Of a stretch of DNA of 42,606 bases, positions 25,865 through 38,659 are shown piece after piece (position 1 is the first letter of the stretch; every line of letters starts with the position of its first letter). The stretch is from Octopus bimaculoides (Eukaryota): assembly GCF_001194135.2 (NCBI RefSeq), contig NC_068995.1, positions 23,724,203-23,766,808 of the forward strand, given 5' to 3'. The position numbers and the translations under genes are program-made. The notes beneath the pieces are model-generated. The model was not told where the DNA came from. It searched no databases and saw nothing but the letters and a program-made list of their open reading frames with translations.

Positions 25865-26505
25865 CATGTCTGATATTCACTTTTCCGAGTCTTTATTTTC
25901 CTTCTATCAATTCAATATTCCAATGTTTAATTCTTTCATTAGCCGTGTTCTCCATATTTTCTGCCATTCTAAACATGCTCATTGTTCTACTTATCCAAAA
26001 GTGTAGTACCATAGCATATGCTCTTTTGTAATCTAACCATGCTACATTCATTCCCGTTAATATGCATCTACAATTTCTAATTATCATTTCATCAACTAAT
26101 AAGTAGTTTTTTGTTGCCCTACTCTGTTTCCTGCATCCTTTCTGCTCTTCTGGAAATAGATTGTTACTTTCCAGATGATTATATAGCTTTTGCACCAACA
26201 CACCAGTCATAAGCTTCTACATAAGAGGAAACAGGTTATAGGTCGAAAATTCGATACCAAGTTACCTTTACATGTGTCCTTGAGACATAAGAGCGTTCAT
26301 CCACTTGTCATCCAGTGAGGTACATGACAATGCTTATAGGCATTCATCTAGCTGCGCTTTCTTTACGTCTCATCGACCTGTTCACACAGTTCTCCCCAAA
26401 ATACTTTATTTTCTTCCGCATCTGGAATCAGTTCGTGTTGTTGGTCCCTCTCTATTTCCTCAAAAAACGCCTTGTATCTTAATGAAACAGTCTATTCTGT
26501 TCAAA
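25865..26505 (-). mobile_element. R4/Dong-type LINE pre-RT and RT remnant (fragment A)
   Basis: PDAEENKVFWGEL, SNFRPITC, ORF 25893-26210 NNLFPEEQKGCRKQSRATKNYLLVD...VAWLDYKRAY, then IFQEDSL. Confidence 0.9.
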
Positions 26506-26569
26506 GCCTTTATTATTAGTATTATGATTATTATTATTATTATTATTATTTTATTATAATTATTATAAA

Positions 26570-26792
26570 TAAGGTAACGAACTGGCGGAATTGTCAGTAC
26601 GCCGGTGCTAGCAATTTCAGGGTAGGGAGTAAGTCGATTACATTGACCCCAGTGCTCAACTGGTACTCATTTTATCGACTCTGACAGGATGAAAAGCAAA
26701 GTCGACCTCAGCGGAATTTGAACTCAAAACTTAAAGATAGACGAAAAGCATTTTGCCTGGCGTGCTAATGTTTCTGTCAGCTCGCCGCCTTA
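26570..26792 (-). mobile_element. SINE-like element with imperfect 36-nt terminal inverted repeats starting and ending in TA
   Basis: Arms 26570-26605 and 26756-26792 match at 24/36 positions, mostly transitions. The minus strand carries GAGTTCAAATTCC (B-box-like), then a GACTTTGCTTTTCATCC...GTCGATAAAATGAGTACCAG central domain. Confidence 0.75.
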
Positions 26793-28043
26793 GGAGGTGT
26801 GTAATAATACCGTCTATTCTTTGATAGATCATTTCTATCACTCAGTGTCAAAGTCAACGGTATAACCTTTTCGCCTTTAGAGGCATTTTTTTTAAAGTTA
26901 GAGTTTCAGTAATTTCAATCATGCAATGGCATGTACACTAAAATAAAAGTAGTTTTCAGTTGAATAAATTGAACACGAAGAGTAATATACGCAGCAACTA
27001 TATATTGAGATATTTTATGGACCAGTTGATTGTTGTAACTACAGTTCTATTGACAGCTTAAACCACATCTTATGTTGCTGTAAAGAAACAGTTGAATTTC
27101 TGTTAGGAAGCACGGTATTACAGACTGTGTATACACAGTTAAACAAAAGTAAAATAATATTCCGGTTGTGGTTACATGGAAACTTTGCTTCAGTTAGTTA
27201 TATTTCAGGTCATATTCAACCGAATATCTAGCATGTTCACCCTCACAAATAAAATGTATCTGTGGGAGAAGAAATCAAAATAACTGAGAAAGCATTCAAA
27301 TAAAATACAGCAGACTAGACAATATCTTCAACTGAGCGGAAACGTGATGTTGCGCATTACATTTCTACATTAGAATAGCAACGTCAGTAAATGACAGAGG
27401 TAGTTTGGCAATATTCTATGATCCCTATTATATTACAATCCAATTTTCTCTTTGCCAGCTTGATATGACAAGTTGTCTCGTTTACTTCATTCCTAGTTCT
27501 ATATCAGAGCTTCCCGTTTGTTATTTTTGTTCTTATGAGTGTTATTCCTGGAATCACTGTTGTTGTTTTTCTTATGGCTTACGGTCGTCAATGGATGGAC
27601 ATGTTAACTAGCCAGTCTTTCTCTTCATGACTGGTCTTTTATCGTTTATTAGTTTTAATTTCGATTTCGAATAAAAATTAACGAAGACATAGCGAGACAC
27701 TTATAAATAACAATGGCAACTAAACACGGAACAATATACATTCTGCACGCAAAATATATTTCGATTACGATTAAATAAACATTTATGGTTTCATAGATCG
27801 ACAGAATTTCCAATCTAGATTACGGGTCTTATAATTCTTTTTATTACTCTTAAGATAATCGATGCATATCTCCATGACTTCCTCATTATATGCTATCTTT
27901 ACAATATCGACATTGACGTAGACAATGTAATATTTCACCTTTAAACATTCACACAGAAACACACAAGTATACGTACACGCGTGCACGCACGTACATGTAC
28001 TCACAAACATGTATATATACCTATATACATATGTATCTATATA

Positions 28044-28170
28044 TGTGCGTTGCTTTGTGGTAAGGAGTTTGCTTCGAAACACACTGTTCCGGTTCAGTCG
28101 CACTGCATGTAACCTTGGATAGGGGTCTTCTACTGTAGCTGCAGGCCAACTAAAGCCTTGTGAGTGGATT
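28044..28170 (+). mobile_element. CORE-like SINE head fragment
   Basis: TGTGGTAAGGAGTTTGCTT...GGTTCAGTCGCACTGCATGTAACCTTGG...AAAGCCTTGTGAGTGGATT. Confidence 0.8.
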
Positions 28171-28172
28171 AT

Positions 28173-28177
<5 letters not shown>

Positions 28178-28253
<76 letters not shown>
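28178..28253. repeat. (GA)n microsatellite
   Basis: Direct run. Confidence 0.95.
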
Positions 28254-28255
<2 letters not shown>

Positions 28256-28752
28256 TAATAATTATCCCCACCATAAACGTAGATGTTCTGTTAGAACAAA
28301 CTTTACTGAGGTATTTTTACCCTGAGAGAAATTCTCATATATGTGTTTGGTGCAGGATGCAGGCTTCTTTGTATATATCGACAGCGGGAGGATAACTCCC
28401 TACCAACTTCAGCATCCAGACCACCAGATCATATAGTTTCGATTTTCTTTGATCTCATCGATGAAGGACGCTCGACTGGTAGAGATAGCAGGGACTTATT
28501 TGCCGCTAGCGCGATATATAGAAAATCAGTGCCAGAACAGACACTGGTGTCGCTAGCTTCTTAGCCTGCTAGCTTCTTAACATATATATATTAGCAACAG
28601 TGGCTACCGAGTGGAAATATTTCTTTTCTCTTTAACGGGGATGTTCTGTTAGGACAAAATTTACTGTGGTAGATACCAAGAGAGGAACTCTCTAATTGGC
28701 TTTTGGTGCAGAATTCCCCTCTCGTTTGTTTATCTCACCAATGAGGAGGTAA

Positions 28753-28808
<56 letters not shown>

Positions 28809-29143
28809 GAAGTGTGGGGGTATCTCGGGCAATATGGTTATAATATTATAAGATAACATGGTAGCGTCCTTAGTAGGAGAGGTTAGGAAGTTAGAGAAAT
28901 AAAATAAATTAAAATTAAATAAAAGCCATAAAATACAATGAAATGTGATAGAGTTGAAGGAAGTATGAAAAGGTTCAATTTTCTTAAACAGATTTATGGA
29001 TATACAAGTTTTAAAGTTTCATGAATGCAAGCGATTAAGGATATATAAGAGGTTTATGGATATGGAAGTAGATTTAAAACTATTTTTTTCTTTTATATTT
29101 ATTTCGTTTATATACATATAAATGTTTATTTATTACATTACAT

Positions 29144-29145
<2 letters not shown>

Positions 29146-29212
<67 letters not shown>
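29146..29212. repeat. (TAGA)n tetranucleotide microsatellite
   Basis: Direct run. Confidence 0.95.
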
Positions 29213-29213
<1 letters not shown>

Positions 29214-29269
29214 CATTAAACTGCATGTGGCGCGTGACCTGTAGAGAGCTTTGCTGTTAGAAGTTATGG

Positions 29270-29860
29270 CTTATCTCGTTAACGCTTTCGAATCAATAAT
29301 TCTACATCAGACTTTCTTAATCCTTATTCTTTTCGTTCTTACTTGATGATGGCTATTGGGTTCCGGTTAAACATCCTGAAAGCAGTCGATGTGTTTCCAT
29401 GCATCCTACTTATTACGGCAGCTCAAGCTAGGTGCTTTCTTCCCGATATAGTGTGTCTCAATGATCCTGAGGTAAAGTGCATTCTTTCTCCTCGCCAGTA
29501 TGCGGGTAAAAGAATCCCCACCACAGTTGATGGAGCTGGAACATAGCGCTGGGTGATGTAACCTTGTGAAAATTCTCCTTCACTCTAAGGTTAAGTTGTC
29601 TTCTGATCAATCCAAGTATGTCGCCTCGTAAGAGCACATCATTTGGGGCACGATGTTGGATTTAAAACAGCCGGACGCTGTCCATTAGTTGTATTGTTCT
29701 GAATGGACACTGGTTTAGGCAGCAATCGTCCGGTGTATTATTACTGTGTCAGAGGGGGTGTCTAGGTGTGCAACTCCATTTCGTGATTCTGACGGTGAGA
29801 CCAGATCCCTTATTACTGTTTTTTAATACATTCTCTACCGTCTCTCCGTATTATGGTAGA
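29270..29860 (-). mobile_element. Heavily degraded PLE 3' portion (linker, GIY-YIG, 3' end); not visible in the ORF track
   Basis: Across frames: LP*YGETVENVLK...SGLTVRI; GCFKSNIV; LGLIRRQLNLRVKE; RILARRKNALYLRIIETHYIGKKAPSL (IL.R.....LRI.E..YI....PSL). Confidence 0.6.
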
Positions 29861-29959
29861 TTAACTTAGACCCAGAGTCGTCTTGTCGTTCTCTTTGTCG
29901 TCAATGTTACCACTACTTCGGGCGTTTAAGTTTCCAGCCTCTGCGGATCCTAACTGGTT

Positions 29960-30215
29960 GCTGTCGCTGCTGTCTCCACTGATGTTGTTGTCGTTATGGC
30001 TGTGGTTGTTATTGTTTTCGAGTTTCTTGTTGTTGCTCTCATCCTGGTTGTTGTAGTTCTTGTGTACTTGTTGTTCTTGTAATTGTTGTTGTTGTGGTCA
30101 CTGTGGTTGTTGTAGTTGTTGATATTATCGTGGTTGTGGTTGTCGTCGTCGTCGCCACCAGCTCGTTGGTCGTTGTTGTCACTGGATGTTGTTACTGTTG
30201 CCGTGGTGGTTTTCT
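29960..30215. repeat. Degenerate (GTT/GTC)n low-complexity tract
   Basis: Direct. Confidence 0.85.
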
Positions 30216-30490
30216 ATGTGTGTCAGTCTTTGCACTTGGGTTTCTACCTGACACAGACTGACAACCAGAGTTATTGCGCTTACATCCCAGTATTTACTGG
30301 TTCGGCAAAATGAGCGATGGAATAAGTTTCAGGTTTAAAACAAAAGTTCTGGGGTTGACTCAAATCCTTCAAGGTGATACCTCAGCATGGCTGATTTCCA
30401 GAAACTGAAAAACAATAAAAGAATGAAAGAATAAAATATACGCCCCAGCAAGGCCGCAGTCATATAATTGAAACAATTAAAATAAAGATA
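30216..30490 (+). mobile_element. CORE-like SINE 3' half plus an extra tail fragment
   Basis: CTGACAACC...GGTTCGGCAAAA...GGAATAAG...GGGGTTGAC...CAGCATGGC; second CCCCAGCAAGGCCGCAGTCA tail at 30444. Confidence 0.7.
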
Positions 30491-30502
30491 CATACATAAA
30501 TA

Positions 30503-30739
30503 GGGGCAGGCGTGACTGTGTGGTAAGAAGTTTGCTTCCCAACCACATGGTTCCGGGTTCAGTCCTACTGCGTGACACATTGCGCAGATGTCTTCTGCTA
30601 TAGCCTCGGGCTGACTAAAGCCTTGTGAATGGATTTAGTAGATGGAAACTGAAAGAAGTCCATCGTATATGTGTGTTGTGTATGTGTTTGTGTGTGTGTG
30701 TGTTTGTGTGTGTGTGTTTTTGTGTGTTTGTGTTTCTCT

Positions 30740-30785
<46 letters not shown>

Positions 30786-30980
30786 CTGTGTTTCACAACC
30801 GGTATTGATGTGTTTACATCTCCGTAAATTAGCTGTGTGTTAAAAAGTGACCGATAGAATAAGTACCAGGATTTAAAGAAAAAAGCTACTGGAGTCGATA
30901 CGTTCAACTGGAATCCATCATATGTGATGCTCCAGCATGACCGCAGTCTCTGACGACCGAAGCAAGTAAAAGAAAGAACA
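30503..30980 (+). mobile_element. Full-length tRNA-headed CORE-like SINE with internal (GT)n
   Basis: A-box-like GTGACTGTGTGG, B-box-like GGTTCAGTCC, CORE-like GTGACACATTGCGCAGATG, internal microsatellite, and tail ending GCAAGTAAAAGAAAG followed by (TACA)n. Confidence 0.9.
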
Positions 30981-31002
30981 TAAAGATACATACATACATA
31001 CA

Positions 31003-31036
<34 letters not shown>

Positions 31037-31204
31037 CATACTTACATACATACATATATACATACACATGAAGTTACCGGACAAGACGTTTAGTAAGGTG
31101 GAAATGTATGTATTTAGTAAGAAATTGATTCTCCTGAACGTCAGTTGAAATTGTGAGTGTGTCTGTGTGTGTGTATTTATGTGTGTGTGTGTGTGTGTGC
31201 CTGA

Positions 31205-31237
<33 letters not shown>

Positions 31238-31268
31238 CCTGAATGTGTGTGTGCGTGTGTTTGTGTGA

Positions 31269-31319
<51 letters not shown>

Positions 31320-32969
31320 CAAACATGTTTCCCTCATTGATTTAATGTGATACGTGACAATGTCACAGCCCTGTGTACCCTTCAAGTAATTCTCAGGTAG
31401 AAGCAACGAAACACATTTCGACGAACCTTGACTCTTGAATAGTTTGCTGTACAATTTCTGCCTATTCATTTTGCTTCACAAGTTTTTGTAAAGATATCTC
31501 CTTAAGACATACTTTGTGACTCAGATAATTGCCCCATCAGATATCGAGAGGAATTGAACTCTGGACCGTCTTCTTACACCTTAGCGATGCTTACGCCAAC
31601 ATGAATATATATATATGTGTGTCTATCACACACACACACATACATACATACGTTGGGGGCAAATTCATAAACAAGTATGACTATTTGTTAATTACCGGTG
31701 TCAATGCTTACAAAGATTCCTTCTTGTTGGCAACTTTTGCATGACACTTCGATGTAGCGAGCGACTCACAACCTCACCAAACCAAAAGTTGAATACTACA
31801 ACTGGAATTTGTTTATTTGTACGGCAGACTTCAAATGGCCTTTTAAAGTTTCTGCTGAATAATAAAATTTGTTAAGCTGTTGTACTCTATTCTCAACTGA
31901 AACTTGTTTTATCAATTCTCCATTGAACGTGCTTTCATGTTGCTATGCACGTATTGAATGAGATTTAAGATTTTTTTCAGGGCTAGCCAGCTATAGGAGT
32001 TACCCCGTCAACGGTGTCAAACAGCTATGTAAGGTCTATAGAAATAAATGCTTGCTCTCTGAATTTTGTGATCTAGACGAACTGTGAATTCAATGTCTAT
32101 TATTGCATGGTTAATCTTGAAACTACAGGGTAATTCAATTAGAATTAATGGCGCTATGCATGTAAACTGAATATGAAGAAGTGCTCTCGTACAGACTTCA
32201 CCAACAACTGATAAGAAATATAGCCACAGCAGCTATTAAAATGTACAATAGACTGTCCTTGAGAGAAAAAAAGAATTAAATGGCATACCTCTAGTTTGTG
32301 ATATTGAATATTTCAGACGCATGTTGGAAGAAAGAACGCAACAAGTCAACAGTTCGTCTACACGCATACATCCCCACACACACACACACAGACGTAATAT
32401 TTATATATAATTATATATAGACACAAATATGTATGTATACATAAGCGCATACAGCCACACACACACACACAAGTCAAGTCATTCAGGAGAACCGCTAGTT
32501 TCTTGCTACTATAGTAATTGAACAAAAATCTTGATAATCAGATAATTGATGTTTTCAGACGCCAAAAGTTGGTGACTTCATAAGGCCAGAAATTTTCTCT
32601 CTAGTCTCAGTATTTTGCTTTTTTTTTTTGTCTTTGTTTATTTTCCATGTTTTTTTTTTTTTGCTTTTTGTTTTTTATATCTCACTCCTATCCCTTCTAA
32701 CCATCTCCAACGACTTTCCGTCCTCCCCCAGTCTCTATCTTCTCCATTCCTCCACTAAATCATTATGTACAACCTGGTTGTTAGAATATCTGGCCGACTG
32801 TGTGAGAGGAAATGAGACACCTCTTCACGGTGACCGAACTTTTAGAGCTTTGGTGATTTTCCGATTCCTTTTCTTCAAGATGTGAATGATGATGGTGTAA
32901 AATGAATGGTAGCAGCATCCAAGATCATAATTTCGGAAGAATGTGGAGCTTTTAGCGAAGGTCTCGCTC

Positions 32970-33224
32970 ATGCCCGGTCGCAATAAAGTTACAGCGAATT
33001 AGATTAAAATGGACAAAAGAGGAAAACATTTCTCTTTTAATATTATAGCCGGCGTGAGCCAGCGAAACGAGGCGATAGGAAAATGTCGTCACGCTTCTGT
33101 CGACAATTTGATTGCAGACACCAGCCTTGAATGCATCCAGGAGCTTGAGGCACTGATGATAGACCGAGAAGTGTGGCGGGAGGCATTTATTGCTGCGATC
33201 CAGGTTGAAACACGGGCATATTAA
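32970..33224 (+). mobile_element. RTE-clade LINE C-terminal remnant
   Basis: ORF 33009-33224 ends SVDNLIADTSLECIQELEALMIDREVWRE, matching the ..D.L..DTG....EL...M.DR..WR terminal motif of RTE elements. Confidence 0.6.
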
Positions 33225-33439
33225 TAACAATACTAGGGCTCGGAAAAAATATTATCCTTCTGATATAAACCCAAACTAAATGCTCTCCGTGACAGGATTC
33301 TAGAATTGATGCTCCTTGAAAACAATAAAGTATTACATTGTCATGTGATAGAGCAATGGTGTGATCAGCGTATTGCAAAATGAATGAAGTATTCTGAGTA
33401 TTAAGACATCACATATATGAATTCTGTGATGAAGGAAAG

Positions 33440-34580
33440 GGGGTTTTGACAGAAAAAAAAGGGAAGTGAAAAACCCTTCTGGAAAAGGTGAATGAAAGGA
33501 AACGTCGAGATGTGGAGAAAGGATTTAAGTATGATCGATAGAACAAGGTGAAGCAAATATGTCGCATAGCTGAAAGAATAGGATATACCACCAAGATGGA
33601 AATGGAACTTTGTATATCATAGATATATTTAAAAAAAATATCTAAGAGTGGGGGATTGAGATCAAGTGATACACCTAGAGTTCAAACAGATAAACCAGAA
33701 ACTGTTTTACGAAACTTTGAAGGAGAAAAACAAGAAGTAAGCTCATAGAAGCGATTTTATCAGCATATTGTCAAAAGAATTCATACAATGCGGTGGCAAC
33801 TTGGCTTGAAGAAGTGATTGAGAAATACAGTAATACAAAAGTGCAAGAGGGCATCGCTACCATGGTGAATGATATATGAATTAGAATTAGTAATATGACT
33901 AATTGGAAGGTAGCTAGCTCTGACCTAGTTCAGAGCTTTGGGGTTAAAAGTTTGATTAAATCACATCCAAAGTTGTCACTATTATTTGATCAAAATTGGT
34001 TTTCATTCTCAAAATTGGTCTTAGAAGACCACATGTATCAAAGTCCTGTACCAGACCGAATGGTAACAGAAAGAAGAGTGCTGGTTCAGAAAGAGCCCCG
34101 TAATGGAGCTCAGGGGAGCAATTACTACTCGATCACTTGCTTACTCATAATGTGGAAACTCCTCACTGAAATAATAACGGAAAGTAACGAACTACTGACA
34201 GATTAACAGAACGGTTGCAGAAAGGGATCACTAGAAACAAACAATCAGATGCGTGTCGATAAGGTAATTTTAAAGAACTGCCGGAGAAGGTTGAGAAATT
34301 TAAATTTGTCAATAGCTTGTATCGATTACGCGAATGCATATAGTGCCTTGCTTGTGGATTCCGAAGTGCCTGGAGATGGTTGTGCAGCTAAGGATAGAGT
34401 ATCATTATTCAGCCAGTATATGAAGACATGGAAGACAGTTTTGACATCAGTAGAGAATAACCTGTGCAGGTCAACATCAAGAAAGGGATTTTTCCCAGAG
34501 ATTCCTTCCTATCATTGCTGTTTACTAAAATCTTATTGCCACAAAATCTGATTTTGTAGAAGACGACAGCTTATGAATTA
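33440..34580 (+). mobile_element. R4/Dong-type LINE pre-RT and RT remnant
   Basis: MTNWKVASSDLVQSFGVK (MPNWKAPGPD.VQGFW.K-like), SNYYSITCLLIMWKLLT, QNGCRKGS, VDKVILKNCRRRLRNL, SIACIDYANAY, RKGFFP/IFPRDS with frameshifts. Confidence 0.85.
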
Positions 34581-35339
34581 TTTCCGTGCTTCAGCACTGT
34601 ATCTTATTTCAGTGATAATCAGGTGTATTTATCTAATTCCAAACATTACATATTCAGAAGATTCTTGTAAGTTAGCTAACTACGATTGCTATTTCTCCTT
34701 TCTCATCATTGCCTTCTTCTCTCGTTTCCTTATTCTCTCTTCCTCATTCTCTCCTCTTTTCTTCCAGGATTTTTTTTTCAGTCTGTAGTTTACTAATGAA
34801 CCTTCTCATTGCAAGATATTTTCGAACTCTAATACAGAAAAGTAGTTAATACTTGCTTTACTTAGCCTCAGTAGACAAATTGGGTATCCATACGTAAGAA
34901 GATATTTAATGACAACAGCTTGCTCATTAAAAACTACTGGCGTTAAACACACTAGGATTAAAACTGCATTTGGCTTTAAAACTTAAATCCCCCACTTTTA
35001 ATTTCCTACAGACATTATTGAGTAAATAAGCTCCGGGCTAACTGTTATAATTAATCCTGGCGATTAATTACATTTGGAAAATGAGAATATAACAAAACTT
35101 TTTCCCCCTTCTGCTATGCAAAAGACGAATGTTACCGAGAGCATATTGAGAACTTGCATTTAACGGTCATTATTAATACTAATCACATGAGATAGAATAT
35201 CACAAAAAAAGGTTGGACATGTTATGACCTCAATACCTCACCTTTTATTCCAGTGGCATTATTTAGTAATTTGAAATAAATTCAGAAAATTCTACTAATT
35301 AAAAAAATAATGAAAATATAATTAAAGAATAGAAAGAAA

Positions 35340-35780
35340 TATTATGGAACAAAAGGAAAAACAAAAACAATGAACTGCAATTGCGTGTAATAATAGCAAG
35401 AACAATAAATAAACAATGAACCATAATGAATAATCGAAATACACAAGGAAAATAGAACAACACAACAAAATTGACAAGTAAGACAGGGTAATACTAGTGG
35501 AAACAATAAATTGAGAATGAAAACCAATTTTGACCGAATAATAGTGACAAAACAATGTGAAATCCAAGGGAAGCTATAAACAAAATTACGTAAAAATGGA
35601 ACAGAAATACAAAAGAGGAGAAAAAGAAAAGGACATTTAAAATGTGGAAAAACACAACAAAAGGAGTATAAAATTGACGAAAGAGAGAAACCGGGCGAAA
35701 ATTTAAAAATAATAGAAAGAGAAGAAAATAAGCAAACGAAACAAAATATATAATAAAATAAATACGTATTTAGACTCATT
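35340..35780. repeat. A-rich low-complexity tract
   Basis: Strong A skew without a clear period. Confidence 0.7.
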
Positions 35781-36376
35781 TAGAAGACAAAACAGTCAAA
35801 TTGAAGCAATTAATTAGCTGGATGTTTGTTTCATTAGCTAGGATTGTCTTCGTATTTGTAAAATGTTTTTCAGTTCCGGGGCAACGACTAAAAATTCAGA
35901 GTAATCAGAAATAAATGGTGCGCGTGCCTTTACACACACATCCACATATGCAGCCATATACATAAGGAAAATGCAATCATCCTGACATACACAAATATCC
36001 GCAGTCACTGACACAAAATATAAGACTTAAACACTTACAAATATAGACAAAAGTAGCTGGAAATTGTATAACAATTATATATTGAAATATGGAATATGTT
36101 TATGTTTGAAGCAAAACATCTAATATTATAATATTTCTGTTGACAAAGAGTTAATCTTCAAAAGGTCAAGTTGTCCTTACAAATAAAATAAATTTTCCTA
36201 TAAGCATATTAATATAAAGTGAATCAGTATTTATAGAATCTTGTTTTACCCTCGGGTTCATTCAAATGTCATCCGTAGATTAATGCACATGCTTATGTAA
36301 TTACCGAAAACAGTCATTATTAATAGTAAATATACTAACCAGATTCCATAGCTGAGAAACCTCAGAAACACGTCCT

Positions 36377-37148
<772 letters not shown>

Positions 37149-37157
37149 ATCTTTAAC

Positions 37158-37303
37158 TCTATATATAAAAGTGAAATGGCCGAAAGTTGTATGTTTTCGT
37201 GTCATTTAGTCGTTATGCAGGGTTCAGTGGCAGCAGGTGTGCTCGGATTGCGGCGAAAATGTACAGAGACATGTAAAATGAGGCACGGAAGCGACTGAAC
37301 TAG
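37158..37303 (+). mobile_element. Possible mini-Helitron remnant
   Basis: Begins TCTATATATAAAAG and has CTAG at 37300-37303, but the flanks are C and G rather than A and T and the terminal hairpin is weak. Confidence 0.3.
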
Positions 37304-37331
37304 GGTAGAAATCTCCATCTTAAAAGCTGCG

Positions 37332-37525
37332 TTTACTACTCTTTTACTCTTTTACTTTTTTCAGTCATGCTAGAGATCCACCTTTAGACGAGCAAATCAA
37401 CCCCAGGACTTATTCTTTGTAAGCCTGGTACTTATTCTATCGGTCTCTTTGCCGAACCGCTAAGTTACGAGGACGTAAACACACCAGCATCGGTTGTCAA
37501 GCGATGTTGGGGGACACATAAACAT

Positions 37526-37564
<39 letters not shown>

Positions 37565-37685
37565 CACATACAAATATACGACGGGCTTCTTTCGGTTTCC
37601 GTCTACCAAATCCACTCACAAGGCTTTAGTCGGCACGAGGCTATAGTAGAAGACACTTGCCCAAGGTGCCACGCAGTGGGACTGA
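37332..37685 (-). mobile_element. Well-preserved CORE-like SINE, 5'-truncated within the B-box
   Basis: Reverse complement TCAGTCCCACTGCGTGGCACCTTGGGCAAGTGTCTTCTACTATAGCC...; tail (GAGTAAAA)n. Confidence 0.9.
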
Positions 37686-38293
37686 CTAGGGCAACAAAAC
37701 CCTGACTTTGTCAAGTGTTTGTCGTTTCTCTCTTTCGGATATCGTCCTGTCATCCTCGATCTCTCTCTGTCCTCCCTTCCCTCCACTTTCTCTTTATAAC
37801 GACGTTTGACAGCTTCCACTCTCTTTCCTTCTCCGCCTTCGCGATCTCTCTGTCACTCTTTCTCCACCGCCCCCCTTTCTGTGCATCTGTCTGTAACTAC
37901 AGAGCGAAAGCGTTGACAGCTGCAATAGTTTAAATATTCCCTCCACAGATCTTTTAGAACGGTGAATTATTATCGCCCACCACCACTGCACAATCTTGAT
38001 AACAGATAGTATTAATCAGATATTTATTGTGTTAATTTATACATACGTGTATGTGTATATATATAAATATATGTATAATGTGTATACATATATTTATATA
38101 ATGTGTATATATATAATTTATGTATATAAAATTGTTGGTATATTCTGTTGTGTCTGGAGAGAGTCATTTTCTTTTTGTGCCTTATAATTTAACACACTCA
38201 CCGGTAAAATTTCCACTTATTTCTTATTTTTATTTTCCTAAAATTTTCCTTGTGCGTATAGTAATATATATAAAGTATATATATCTATATTTG

Positions 38294-38328
<35 letters not shown>

Positions 38329-38434
38329 ATATATATAATGTGTATACATATGTATATATAATGCGTATATATGTACATATATATATTTAATGCGTATGAA
38401 TATATATATAATGTGTGCATATAATATGTGCATA

Positions 38435-38659
38435 TGGTCGGATTAAGCTGAAAATATGCACACCTATGTTAAAAGTGCAGGCGAGTTTGTATGGCAACTT
38501 TTAGTTTGTTCAATTGAAAAGCGTGGCCTCTACGGCAAAATTCTTCATCTATTAAAATATAGCCCGCGTAGACCCGAATGAAAATGGGTTATAATACCGA
38601 AACAACTAAAACAATAATAAACTATTGTAATCCCGAGCCAGGCCGAGTATCTCTGCTAT
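38435..38659 (+). mobile_element. Non-autonomous Helitron copy 1 (3' part; 5' end not resolved)
   Basis: 38435-38467 matches 38732-38764 and 38539-38659 matches 39600-39724. Ends in a GC-rich hairpin (CCCGAGCCAGGCCGAG) then CTAT. Confidence 0.7.

Noticed and set aside
28282-28754. Diverged ~110 bp direct repeat (28282 and 28640, GATGTTCTGTTAG.ACAAA)
   Set aside because: Only two decayed copies with no diagnostic ends; most likely fragments of an old repeat.
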